In this document: piece by piece, positions 46,101-57,873 of the stretch
Layout: each line of letters starts with the position of its first letter
Numbering within the stretch: the stretch's first letter is position 1
Assembly (NCBI GenBank): GCA_002269645.1
Contig: NIVC01000175.1
Location: 773,029-837,028 of the forward strand
Direction: 5' to 3'
Length of the DNA stretch: 64,000 nt
Origin: Macrostomum lignano
Lineage: Eukaryota
Notes under the pieces: generated by a model
Told to the model about the DNA's origin: nothing
Databases searched by the model: none
The model's input: only the letters and a program-made list of their open reading frames with translations
Program-made: the position numbers and the translations under genes

Positions 46101-48606
46101 TAGCCGATCTTGTTTGGCCAGCGAGTCCGCCAGGAGGTCCTGATGCTCAGCTTGGTTGATCTCCAGCAACTGTAGCCGGTCAGTCACGTGACGATCAAGA
46201 CGGTCAAGACGTTCGACAACGCCGCTGAGCATCACGCGTAGGCGTTCGGATTCCGCCGTACGCTGTTCTAGCTGTTCTTCTAAGTGGCGAATCTGATGGA
46301 CAAATAGATAAAATACACGTGTTGCTTTATTACACTACTGAGTTAGTAATGCTGAACGTTTTTCGTCATAGGAGTCCTAAAAAATCACAGAGTTTTGAAA
46401 AATCTCAGAGTATTAAAGTCCCGAAATTTTGTATCTCTCTCTCTAAGTCTTTGATACCAAAAAATTCTGAAGTCTTCAAATCCCCAAAAAATCTCAAAGT
46501 CTCAAAGCCCCAAATAACCATAGTTTTGAAGTCCCACCAAAAAATCTCAAAGTCCCGAAGTCTTAGAAAGTTCAAACTTTTGGAGTCCCAGAAAATCTCA
46601 AAGTCTCAAAGTCCCAAAAAGTCTCAAAGTTTAAAAGTCTAAGTCTCGAAGTCTCGAAGTCCCAAAAATCTAAAAAAGTCCCGGAGTCCCAAAAAATCTC
46701 AAAAGTCCCGGAGTCCCAAAAAATCTTAAAAGTCCCGGAGTCCCAAAAAAATCTCAAAAGTCTCGAAGTCCCAAAAAACCCGGAGTCCCAAAAAAACTTA
46801 AAAGTCCCGGAGTCCCAAAAAATCTCAAAAGTCCCGGAGTCCCAAAAAACTTAAAAGTCCTGGAGTCCCAAAAAACTCAAAAGTCCCGGAGTCCCCAAAA
46901 ATCCCAAGTCTCGAAGTCCCAAAAAACTCAAAAAACCCGGAGTCCCAAAAAATCCCTAAAGTCTCGAAGTCCTAAAAACTCAAAAGTCCCGGAGTCCCAA
47001 AAAAACTTAAAAGTCCCGGAGTCCCAAAAAATCTCAAAAGTCTCGAAGTCCCGAAAATGACGGCATAAACAAACCTGCTTCTCCATTCGCTGCCGGGCGC
47101 CAACGCAGACGCTGGAACAAGAAGTGCCATTGCCGCCGCAAACGGACTCGTGCTCCTGAAGATCACGCAGTTTCATAGTCAGCCCGCAGCCTCTGCTGCA
47201 AACTGCTTGACTATGTGGACAAGAATTCTCGTGCTCCAACCGGTTGCCCAGACGTATTTCGGCGTTGCAACCGGAAGGATCAACTTCATAGCTGGAGCAG
47301 CTGCCTACCAGAGACGATGGAGATGTTAATCCGGAGTCTGGAGACTCTGCGTTCGGTCGTTTGACCTGGAGACCGTAGCGGCATCGAATGAGAAGGTCTC
47401 CAACTTGATCGCATAGTGCTAGATTGACAACTAGAGGCTTGGCAGGCACGTTGTGACGGGGACAGGGCACTGGAGTGAAGGCGCGATTAAGAAAAGTTTG
47501 TATTAACTTTCTAGCAATGCTTTAGAGAGCGATTTGCAGTGGTAATTATGGCGATTATTCAATGGTAATTATGGCGATTATTCAATGGTAATTATGGCGA
47601 TTATTCAATGGTAATTGGGCCGATTTTTCAATGGTAATTGGGCCGATTTATCAATGGTAATTGGGCCGATTTTTCAATGGCAATTGGGCCGATTTATCAA
47701 TGGCAATTGGACCGATTTATCAATGGTAATTGGGCCGATTTTTCAATGGCAATTGGGCCGATTTATCAATGGTAATTGGGCCGATTTTTCAATGGCAATT
47801 GGGCCGATTTATCAATGGTAATTGGGCCGATTTTTCAATGGCAATTGGGCCGATTTTTCAATGGTAATTGGGCCGATTTTTCAATGGTAATTGGGCCGAT
47901 TTTTCAATGGTAATTGGGCCGATTTTTCAATGGCAATTGGGCCGATTTTTCAATGGTAATTGGGCCGATTTTTCAATGGTAATTGGGCCGATTTATCAAT
48001 GGTAATTGGGCCGATTTTTCAATGGTAATTGGGTCGATTTTTTAATGGCAATTGGGCCGATTTTTTAATGGTAATTGGGCCGATTTTTCAATGGTAATTG
48101 GGCCGATTTTTCAATGGTAATTGGGCCGATTTATCAATGGTAATTGGGCCGATTTTTCAATGATAATTGGGCCGATTTTTCAATGCTATTGGGGCGATTT
48201 TTCAATGGTATTGGGGCGATTTTTCAATGGTAATGGGGGCGATTTTTAAAGCGGTAATTAGGGCGATTTTCAATGGTAATTGGGGAGTTTTTTAAAGTGG
48301 TAATTGGGCATTGGGGCGATTATTCAGTGGTAATTAGGGAGATTTTCAAAGTGGTAATTGGGGAGTTTTTTAAAGAGATATCAAAGAGATATTTATCAAA
48401 GTACAAAGTGATTGGAATATTCTCTAAGAAATGACTACAGCAAAAAGCGTTCACCAACCAGTCTCATCCGCAATACACCGGTGACAGAAGCTGTCACCGC
48501 AAGAGGCTGTAAATGGATTTCTAAACACGTTGCCGCAGATTCTGCACAGCAAACCGTCTGGTGGCGGCGAGGCGAACACCGTCGGCGGCGGATCAGCGTC
48601 GGCTTC
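42954..48606 (-). CDS. TRAF7: TRAF7-like E3 ubiquitin ligase (RING, TRAF zinc finger, coiled coil, 7 WD40); 5 exons found, N-terminal exon(s) unresolved
   Basis: Exons total 1833 nt (611 codons) with matching phases. Motifs parallel human TRAF7: VFASPP..LLC..C..VF.NP, NLALCDQVGDLLIRCRYG, YEVDPSGC, FKCLGTFVGHRGPIWCL, WVRALV, RTQTLQRHQGIVTAMAV. Confidence 0.93.
43225..43855. repeat. Minisatellite, 22-24-bp unit (TRAF7 intron)
   Basis: gacccaagctagaatctcatttat. Confidence 0.92.
43885..44421 (-). CDS. TRAF7: TRAF7 exon, WD3-5 and start of WD6
   Basis: tgaacag|acg ... cag|gttagt; TLKGHTDSVSTLCVS...VKVWD...LLVWE...LRGHSSQ. Confidence 0.92.
44575..45665. repeat. Minisatellite, 30-bp unit (TRAF7 intron)
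   Basis: acacatacccaaggacacagactagattaa. Confidence 0.96.
45750..46292 (-). CDS. TRAF7: TRAF7 exon, coiled coil and WD1-2
   Basis: ccatcag|att ... aag|gtgag; IRHLEEQLEQR...GHRGPIWCL...GHDGPVLSL...IRVWD. Confidence 0.92.
46490..47055. repeat. Degenerate 27-28-bp repeat (TRAF7 intron)
   Basis: gtcccggagtcccaaaaaatctcaaaa. Confidence 0.85.
47075..47469 (-). CDS. TRAF7: TRAF7 exon, RING end and TRAF zinc finger
   Basis: actccag|tg ... cag|gtttgt; PCPRHN...EHENSCPHSQAVCSRGCG...MEKQ. Confidence 0.9.
47535..48370. repeat. Minisatellite, 23-bp unit (TRAF7 intron)
   Basis: tgggccgatttttcaatggtaat. Confidence 0.94.
48459..48606 (-). CDS. TRAF7: TRAF7 RING exon
   Basis: attccag|gaa ... actg|gttggt; EADADPPPTVFASPPPDGLLCRICGNVFRNPFTASCGDSFCHRCIADET (not in the ORF track). 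Confidence 0.88.
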
Positions 48607-48804
48607 CTGGAATTTTAACAATATTTTCGATACATATCGGTTTTATGGTAAAGGTTAGTTTAAAAGACTTAGCTTGTGAGACAATATATGTATGTACTAG
48701 CTAAACTCCTACATAATTTTGCTAGTTGTAAAAGTAGTTCAATAATAGTAGTATAGCATATAAAATATATTCGAAACAACGTTATAATTGGCGGCAAAAT
48801 TAAG

Positions 48805-49140
48805 GAATGGCGCCAAACTATAGTGATTAATGGCGCTAAACTATAGTGATGAATGGCGCCAAACTATAGTGATTAATGGCGCCAAACTATAGTGATGAAT
48901 GGCGCTAAACTATAGTGATGAATGGCGCCAAACTAGTGATTAATGGCGCCAAACTATCGTAACGAATGGCGCCAAACTGTATAGTGATGAATGACGCTAA
49001 ACTGATATGAGCAATTACGCCAAACTATCGTGATGAATGGCGCCAAACTATCGTGATGAATGGCGCCAAACTATCGTGATGAATGGCGTCAAACTATCGT
49101 GATAAATGGCGTCAAACTGAATTAAGCAATGGCGCTAAAC
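48805..49140. repeat. Minisatellite, about 23-bp unit
   Basis: tggcgccaaactatagtgatgaa. Confidence 0.9.
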
Positions 49141-49340
49141 TAGATCGTGGAAGGACAGCACCAAACGAAGGATGGTATAGAAGTACAAAAGACTCACTAA
49201 ATTACATATATGCAAACGTCAGTGAGTCAAGAATTGCTATAAAACACCTAGGTCTTAACACTGGAAAGCTGGACCACTTTCTGGATAAATATGCTCAATA
49301 AATAGCACAAACTAAAATGCACTTAAATGCTTGATCCTAC

Positions 49341-49700
49341 GAGCTACATAGGGTCGGTCTAGTGCGGTGCTCTTATGTGCTAGCGGCCCAGGCTCGATTC
49401 CAAGTGCACATATTAGTTTGGGGCCAAATTGGAATCTCGGCTTGGCTCTGCTCGTGCAATTATGCAATTAACGCCCTTGACGGCCAGCCCCCCGACGCAC
49501 AGTGAAGTGTACATGCCTAACGATAAATAAAGCCAGGGCCGCTGCAGTACACTCCTGTGTGCCTGTGCGTATGACTGCGTACGTATCCGCGCGCTTGTAT
49601 GCCTGCTCAGGGGAGCCGGAGGAATGGAGAATAATAGAATACCTCTCGCCGGTTGTGTGACAAAGAGTGCCAGGATGCATACAGTCCCATGCTTCTCATT
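49341..49700 (+). mobile_element. tRNA-derived SINE, copy 2
   Basis: ggctcgattcc B-box plus the same body as the copies at 14294 and 50286. Confidence 0.75.
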
Positions 49701-50285
49701 AAGAAGCTAGATGCCTACATCAGAAAAGACCCGCGCTCACAGCACAAAGAACCGTTAACGAACACACGAGCTTGCCCGAAAATGTTTTACTTTACAAGCC
49801 AGACCAAAAAATTTACGAAGCATTCAAGGGTGTGACAGACCAGCTCAGCTCAGCGTATAGGAAAATTAAATTATCCCATCAGCACCTCCCTTTGACTGGA
49901 AAATTCTCCGCCAAGAATGATAGATTGGATACCTAAGAACTGCATCCTTGAAACATGCATCTACCATCTGTATCTGCTCAAGACACTTCGGTGAGTAACA
50001 GAATATTAGATTGCGTGATGGGAAAGCTTTTTGCCACCAAAATCTTATTAAATATGAATGCAAGCAGACCGGTTGCTCTGTTTAGCTTCTAGAATTTTGG
50101 CGGGGACCGCCTGGCTAATTGGCTCATCTTGAAAATAAAAGTACGTACATCAAAATAACTGCAAAAAAAGCAAATGGTAGCAACTCTATTCAAAATTTCC
50201 ATCATTCATTCGTCAATCTACTGAGTTAAATAATGAAATGTTTTTTTACTTGGCTGGCAATGACCCAACTAACAGTTGGCCATGT

Positions 50286-50613
50286 GGTACCGTAGCCTCG
50301 TGGTCTTAAAGAGTTTCTACGTACCAGCGGCCTAGGCTCGATTCCAAGTGAAGTCGATTGATTTGGGGTCGAAATTGGAATCTTGGTTTGGCTCTGCTCG
50401 TGCAAATAACGGCCTTAAGGGCCAACCCTCAAGGCACAGTGAAGTGTACATGCCTAACGATAAATTAAGTTAGGGCCCCTGCGTATGACTGCGGAAGTAT
50501 CCGCGCGCTTGTGTGCCTGCTCAGAGGCGGAATGGGCAGTAATGCCTCTAGTCGGTTGTGCGACAATGTCGGTTAAAAGTGCGTTAAGGCACATAGTCCT
50601 ACCTAACTATTTA
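50286..50613 (+). mobile_element. tRNA-derived SINE, copy 3 (most complete head)
   Basis: ggtaccgtagcctcgtggtctt (A box) ... ggctcgattcc (B box) plus the shared body; a further fragment lies at about 51413-51445. Confidence 0.78.
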
Positions 50614-51457
50614 ACTTTGTGCCCGTAAAATACTCGTAATGAAACAATAATTTGACATTAACTATCCCTTTCTGGGAGAACCGTCACATTACAAATTTAC
50701 AACACAAAACAGTCGGCATTTGCATTAATACAGAAACATGTGCTCTAGAATTTAAGCATCTGTGTCTTTGCATAGCCATCTGTTAAAGACAGAAAATTCC
50801 ACGACTAGACAACCAAGGCGAGGGCGAGGAGAGAGGCACAGATTCCCCAGGGACTCTAATCTGTTCGGAAGACACGAGCTAGGGGGGGGGGCTGGAGGAC
50901 ACCAGCGAGTAGCGAGAAAATGTACTAAAAGAGCCGAAGGGAATATTATTAGACAAGAAAAAAGGCTGAGAGACGGCTGCTAAGCTAGGAGTCGAACGCA
51001 TCGGCCATATGGTCACAAAATAGGCACAGTTTTACTATCATCGAGGAGAGAATAGATACCGATCAAGTTTCTCGTCAGCTTAGGGTGAAAGCGACAGTAA
51101 TAGTACGCGTAGCACGTAGCTTGGGGAATTGTAGTCTATCTATCTAAATAAAAAAACAGATAGATTGTGTCATAAGTCATTTCGAATCGATGTTTTTTAA
51201 CGTCATAGCGTTTCCAAGTGAGGTGCTTTCACAGGGTTGAAATCTCGCAACGTAGAAAATTCAAATAGGTCCAATGAATCTTATGAATCCACTTTCATAA
51301 GGTCGAAATTTCTGCCTTATAAAGTCCCTTGCTAGAGTTTTCGAAGTTGTGTAATTTCGAGTTTGTGAACCCCCCCCCCCGTACAAGTGCAGTCACATTA
51401 ATTTGAAGCTGAATTGGAATCTCGGCTTGGGTCTGTTTGTGCAATCAATATTAATAT

Positions 51458-52453
51458 TGTAGTGATCCGCTAGTTGGTTTTAGGCGTCGCACTTTGTCAG
51501 CAGTCGCCCTTGCCCTCGCCCTCGCCCTGGGTTGCTGTCTGCCGCTGGTCAGCTTCCCGCCTCCCTCCTTTTTGTCTGTCTGTTGCTGCTCCCTTCCCTC
51601 GTTTTGCCTGTTTTGCCCCTTGTTTCTCAGCCCTCAGCTTCTCTGCTGTGGGCTGTCTCTGTTTCGCCCGGTCTTTGTTTCCCCTGTCATGTGAGCGAGT
51701 CACATGACATATCCTCTGTTCTTTGAGTCCTAAAGTACAGTAAACATGTTTACTGCACTTGTTGGCCCTGTTTACCGGGAGAGTCACATGCTTTCGGCCC
51801 CCTCCCTTCTCTAAGGAGAGGAGTGACTCATGTTGCTAAAAATAGCAACTGAGTCACAGCCATGTGCACTCTGCCGGGAGACCCTCAAGTGACGTCAGTT
51901 CTAAAAATAGAACGAGTCACGAGGTCTTCCGCACGCTTGTACCTTGCCCAAGACTCTCAAGTGACGTCAGTTCTAAAAATAGAACGAGGTCACGAGGTCT
52001 TGTGCGTGGGTGTTTCCCGGTTATAAATAGGACCCTCTCCCTTGTTTCCGTCAAGGAATGGCTTCTTATCTGCGGAGAATTCACTAAGATCCCGTGTGCG
52101 TCAGTGTCTAACTAAGTGCCCTTTGCGTACTGAATCCGTTTGTACTGGTCTGACTGAGACCCCACTAAAGCCCAAGCCTAAGGGAGGTTAACACTGCCTT
52201 CACAGCCACCCCTGAGCCCGGCGGGGATCTGCTGATCAGGACGCCTTGTTCATTAATCTACAAATCTGCACGCTGTGCTGTGTTCGTTGACTTCGTTATT
52301 TCGTTCCGACGGGAAGCTCACCTCATCGAAGGCCGAGACCTGAAGGAACTGGTGGCAGCACTACCTACGCTACTAAGAGTTAAGAAGGCTTCTGAGTGAG
52401 AGGACGGAGCCCAAGTCACTGCGCTGTACAGCAGGACAACCACAGGTACAACA
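51458..52453 (+). mobile_element. Solo LTR, 996 bp (probably Ty3/gypsy type)
   Basis: TGTAGTG...TACAACA termini, 4-bp TSD ATAT (51454-57 and 52454-57), TATAAATA at about 52022, duplicated enhancer-like block, no internal domain. Confidence 0.8.
51822..52030 (+). promoter_or_regulatory. LTR U3 enhancer/promoter
   Basis: 72-bp-period duplication, each copy carrying the CRE TGACGTCA (51890, 51962); AP-1-type TGACTCA/TGAGTCA at about 51824 and 51850; TATA box at about 52022. Confidence 0.5.
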
Positions 52454-53739
52454 ATATTTTTTGTCATCCTGAATTTGGACCCAGGATGCAGATTGCAGTG
52501 CGATTTTGAGGCTTAAAATTTCACTTCAAAATTCATAATCTGAATTGATGAATGAAACTGTGACAAAAAATTGATCAAAAAATGTCTCACGCTGGCATGG
52601 AAGCGTCTGTTAACCATGCAATTATAAAAATGAGACTGTAAGCTATAAAGATTAGAACGAATCGATAAACGGAATTGAAGCCCCCTATAACGAAGGTAAG
52701 CAAACACAGTTTAGGTGCATGCAGCATGCAGTGTTTTTATATTGGTTCTGTACTCCCCAATAATCTCAGTGTATTTACTTACTTCTCTCAAACCCGACCA
52801 ATCGTTCTGAGTACTTTAGCCTAATCCCAATATACACAAACCCTGGACAGACCTTGTGTGCCTATGAGATTAACAAACATTATTAAGCATTGGGAGAATT
52901 TCTTTAAACACAAAATTTGAGTCGGTTAGTTAAATATGGGAAAAAAAGAAACATTAAATTTCTCGGTCTGAATGATTTTTGGTTGATTGTTGAAAGTAGG
53001 CTACTAGTGGTCGATTGCTTAAGCAACTACTGAAGGGTACAAGAGTGCAGCCAATTGCTGCTAGTGCTATAAGGGCGCGGGCATGCATTCGGTGAGGGAT
53101 TAGGAACCAACAATTAATCATTTGCTTTTCCAGCACTCCAAACTTCAACCATACAATAATAATGCTTAACGCACCCCCTCTCTGAATTCACACGATTTTG
53201 GGAATCCTTGAAAAGACAAGAAAAGACTTGAAAATACATGTACAATACAAAAAGTAATGACTGCTTGAGAATTGAACTACAGTGACTGCTACTTACTAAA
53301 ACGCATTGAATGGTCACAAAAGTCTAGGATGTACTTATGCCGAATTTATGACCTCATAAATATATTCTATATTCTATATTAACTAAGATCTGCATGCTAG
53401 CTAGGGAGTGAAACTAATAAAACATACTAGCGTGAATAATTAGACAGGAAACTTTCGCGAGCTAATTTTCTAAGGATTAGGCCTCCAGGGTCAACAGAGA
53501 GGGCTGACAGAATTAACAGGCCGGGGAAAGGTTTAACTGGAAAAAGAAAATTACTTCTTAACTAAAGGCTACTCGCTCACTTCTCTGTCAAAAAATATAA
53601 TTGAAGACGCAATACGAAAGCCCTATGTAAGCGTGACCCACAGACAGAAAGTACAATTTTAAGCAAACCAGCAATAAGATGCTACATATCTATCTCACTC
53701 TACGAAGAGCAAATAAATACGTTTGTTAATAGTATAATA

Positions 53740-54719
53740 TAGGATTTTTCGTTTGATTTCATAAAATAGCCATTTGATTTCGTCCATAGAAGTTGGCAGC
53801 GCGGCCATAGAGTCTATGGCAATAAAGTGCACTGTTTTCCGATTGAATTCATAACTTTGCCACTTCATTTCGACATACCCAGTAGAAAGGCAACAGAAAA
53901 GTCGATGCGCTTGTCCAGTACAGAAAGAACTGTTAAAAACAGAAAGCTGTGTATTTAAGTCACATGAGGAAGTAGGCAGTTCAACAGTGAAATCAGTTAT
54001 GTCCGCCAAAGTTAATGCTCGTTCGCAGCAACAAGCTACAAATTTCACATTATCTGCTGCTCATTGATGCACAGGGGCAGAAACCGCATCACATGTCGTT
54101 CCTAGGCAAGGCACTTCGAGGCGGAAATTTCCTCTAGTGCAACGTAGCCGCAGCGGAAAAGCACCATGAGTCTCCACTGCGTTAGGTTGATGCCATCAGG
54201 CGGATTGCTAAGTTCCTGTTGAAGCTCAGGTGTTGCTAGCTGGCGTTTAAGCGAAGCCTTGAGACAACTGTGTGCCTGCTCCGCGGCGTTAAGAAATGGA
54301 GTACACTTCACTATGGAGTACACTGTCTGTTTGTTGATGTTGAGCCATCGTGCTATGTCCGTCACTTTCTCACCCCTGTTCATTGCTTCAATGACAAGAT
54401 GCCTTCTGTCGTTTCCAATGGACGCGTATGCAGCCATTTTTAGGCACACAAGGAAGGTGACTGTTGCCCAAGAAGAGGACACGTTCATATAGGCTTTTCA
54501 TTTCTATGAGAGGTTTGGCCATAGATATTCACCCACTGATATCCCAGCCCCCTCTGGCAGTGTTTGAGCCACTCCGCACGCCAAGTCGAAATGAAGTAGC
54601 AAAGTTATGAATTCAATCGGAAAACAGTGCACTTTATTGCCATAGACTCTATGGCCGCGCTGCCAACTTCTATGGACGAAATCAAATGACAATTTTATGA
54701 AATCAAACGAAAAAACCTA
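53740..54719 (-). mobile_element. Internally deleted IS630/Tc1-type DNA transposon (second subfamily)
   Basis: About 135-bp TIRs (53740-53874, 54585-54719) with TA flanks. The ORF fuses an HTH (GEKVTDIARWLNINKQTVYSIVK) to a C-terminal piece (PFLNAAEQAHSCLK...PPDG) homologous to the element at 23236. Confidence 0.88.
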
Positions 54720-56568
54720 TAATATTTTAGGGATTTCCTCATTATCGCTTTTAAAGCCTGGGTAATATTGTGATTATATCATAGACTATGTGGCAGAGTT
54801 ATACAAGCGCCTGAGCTGCCACAGATAATAAAACACTAGATATTTCACTCTGCATTGAGTAAAGCCATTTTTTGTGTTATAGTCTATGGCTCAAAAGAGT
54901 GTCTACTCATTGGGTGTGCGTCAGCGTGCGCATGACAAGAAAAAGTGCTATAGTTGCTCCAAAAATGAATTTTGACGCAAGGCACTGCTGTTTGACGACG
55001 CACCCATGTTCGTTCACGCTACTAACCAAAGAGTAGTTGCAAAAATCTAAACAAGAGCGAACTATCTAGGGTTATAGTATCTGTGTGAGCTGCATCGATG
55101 TATATGGGCATGGGGTGTGAGTGTCAACCATAGATTTAAAATGATTTAATGAGTAACTATACAGTTAAATTATAAAAGCGTGAATACAGAAGCAAAACGA
55201 AGCTATTAGGTACAATTTAGTATTTTATAGGATCCCATATGGAAGTTAAGGATTAACATCTAGCTATAAAAGCAGCTATAAAATGTTCAACTGACTTACA
55301 AATTGAAGATTGAAGATTTGTAAGCCCAAGCCATAGGGCAAAAAGGTTTTTTTGGAATTCAGCTAGCGGGCGAAAATTTAAGCCTCTAGAAAAATACATC
55401 TTCACTTCTAGCTAATGCATTACTGGAATTCTTCTTGGCTTTTTCCGCACAAAAAATCCCGTCTGGAATCAGCGTATGAAGCTTTAAGTTTTTGTCGAAT
55501 ACAATTTTGACTCCAATGACTTCTGTTCGATTTGAAATCTTGAACAACGGCGCATACACGTTTGCGTGAGGCAATGCAGAATTTTCTTCAATTAAAAATG
55601 CACGAACGGACGAGGTATGGAATATGAGGCTTTGAGAATTCGGAGAAAAATCACCTCCCCCCTCAGTGGCGGCGCAGGGGGGGCAGGGGGGGGCAGCTGC
55701 CCCCGGGTGACCACAGGTCACTGCCTCAATGGGGGTGCCCACCCCACCATCTCCACGGCCCTCAAAAAGACCCTAGGAAGGGAGGGCAGATGGTCATCCC
55801 TTGCTATGCAACTTGGATAAATGATTAAAAATGCATTTTTATAAGAAATTTCGTGTTGTACATTCATTTTGTAAGAAGTGTGTCAGAATTTGTTCGTAAT
55901 TTTTTACTTCCTTAGAAGGGTACTAAGAAAGTAAAAAAGTTTCTTAAAGGACTAAAACTGCACGTCTGGGGGGAGGGGTTCCATTTTGATCCATGACATT
56001 ATCTTGACTATAAGAAGCAATAGTGAAAAAAAAAACTAAAACCGCACAAAAATAATACTATTCGGAATGGGACACTAAATATAAGAGCTTTCTAGTCTAA
56101 AGGCCGGTGTTGGTTGTTGGTTACAAATGGAACGCTTGCATATTAGCTGGCGAAGAAGCAGTCAGTCTGGGCAATGCAATTAATATACAGCATTGCAATA
56201 AGTAGGCAATCAACAATCGTACTTTTCCAAGTTGCAATAGCAAGGCGCCTTTACGTTTCCTACAGTTTCCCACTCTTGACAGCAGGACCTGAAGGGAAGA
56301 GGTGCTTAATTTTCAATACTAATTTTCCTCACCCCCGTACATGCGGTTAGAATACTGCTGACCAATAATGCAAGACGGATCGAGCCATTGGACGAAGCAT
56401 ACACTGGACGCAAGAGAGAAGTAGTCATATAAGTGGGAACAGTTGGCTAGCTTTAGGACGAATCTGACGCTAGAAGAGTACTTTCATTTGGCATATAATT
56501 TACATGTAAAAATGAAAACTGAGAATTTCTCTAACGAAGGCAATGAAGAACAATAGTTCGAGACCAGA

Positions 56569-57873
56569 ATGACACAAGTTATTCGAGGCGATACAGTCTA
56601 TAGCTTGGGTCCGTGCCTTGGCAAAGGCGGTTTCGGCACCTGCTACAAGGCGGTGGAGCGATCCTCAACAGCACCCGTTGAGCGAGTAGTAGCTCTGAAG
56701 AAAATCAGCCAACAGATGGTTAAAGAAGCGGCCAAGGAGCCGTACCTCAGATACGAGATCGCGCTGCACAGCCAGCTGGCACACCAAAATGTCGTCGAAC
56801 TTTTTCTGACATTCTCGAGCAACGACAGTATCTATTTTGTTCTCGAATATTGTAATAAGAAGTCGCTGGCAGACATCATTATCCGCTTTACTACTCTGCC
56901 AGTCGATGTGGCGGCTTACTACTTTTGCCAACTAATTGCTGGTCTAAAGTACATTCACGGGTGCCGAATTCTGCACAGAGATTTGAAGCTCAGCAATATC
57001 CTTGTCGACGCAAACGACGTAGTAAAGATAACTGATTTTGGATTGTCCTGCACAATTACAAGAAGCTATTTGGAACGACACCTATCGTGTGGTACGCCGA
57101 ATTACTTAAGTCCCGAAGTTCTGCTGAGACAGGGTCACACAGTTAAGTCAGACATATGGTCATGCGGAGTTGTACTATACGCGTTGTTTGGCGGAGTACC
57201 GCCTTTCCAAGCGGAAGAACTCTTGGAAATATATAGAAACATTGTGTCCGGTAGCTACCAATTTACAAAGTATCACACTGACGATCATCTTAAGCATCTG
57301 ATAGCCCGACTGCTGCAACTAGATCAAGAGGAGAGACCGGAACTCGACGATATTCTGCAGCACGAGTTCTGTCGCTACGGAAAACAGTACGAACATCAGT
57401 TAATGCAAGACGAAAAATCAGCAACTACATGCGCAAATCTAGGCAATAGTTCAAGCATTAGTACAATGTCGAAAAGCCTCACTAACTTGTTTGGCAAGCC
57501 TAAACAGGCGACAAGCCAGGAAAAACCGGAGCAAAACGAAAAGCATCAGAAAGCTTTTCATCCTTCAAACTTGAACGGTGTACCACGGAGCCTCACAGTT
57601 GTCGATTTAAAACTGCGGCGTACAACCAATCTACTGCAGTATTTTCGTAATAGACCAGCTTGGAAAAAGCGTGCTACAGACTTTCAAGCTGGCTGGCTAA
57701 CTTGGTGGCGCGACAAGACCTCCACAGTTGGCTTCTATTATCAGTTGTCAACTGGTTACAACTGCGCTCTCTACAACGATGCCACCAGCTGTCTGTACCA
57801 TAGAGAAACCGGACAGGCCCACTTTCTAAACCTGGCAGTCAAGCCGACGCATTCACACCGAGAGCTCCGCTAA
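56569..57873 (+). CDS. PLK: Divergent polo-like Ser/Thr kinase: kinase domain plus first part of polo-box 1
   Basis: GKGGFGTC, VALK, HRDLKLSNI, DFG and CGTPNYLSPE are intact; PB1 start WLTWWRD...GFYYQLSTG...LYND. Confidence 0.88.
   Translation: MTQVIRGDTVYSLGPCLGKGGFGTCYKAVERSSTAPVERVVALKKISQQMVKEAAKEPYLRYEIALHSQLAHQNVVELFLTFSSNDSIYFVLEYCNKKSLADIIIRFTTLPVDVAAYYFCQLIAGLKYIHGCRILHRDLKLSNILVDANDVVKITDFGLSCTITRSYLERHLSCGTPNYLSPEVLLRQGHTVKSDIWSCGVVLYALFGGVPPFQAEELLEIYRNIVSGSYQFTKYHTDDHLKHLIARLLQLDQEERPELDDILQHEFCRYGKQYEHQLMQDEKSATTCANLGNSSSISTMSKSLTNLFGKPKQATSQEKPEQNEKHQKAFHPSNLNGVPRSLTVVDLKLRRTTNLLQYFRNRPAWKKRATDFQAGWLTWWRDKTSTVGFYYQLSTGYNCALYNDATSCLYHRETGQAHFLNLAVKPTHSHRELR

Noticed and set aside
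49700-49935. About 77-codon open stretch (..LPENVLLYKPDQKIYEAFKGVTDQL..) after SINE copy 2
   Set aside because: No start codon, convincing splice sites or recognisable domain; needs a tblastx search before any call.
55300-55335. Possible first TRAF7 coding exon (MAWAYKSSIFN, gtaagt donor on the - strand)
   Set aside because: Ends in phase 2 while the RING exon starts in phase 0, and there is no homology support.
55664-55705. CAGTGGCGGCGCAGGGGG hAT-like terminus
   Set aside because: No matching opposite end or TSD found in the window.
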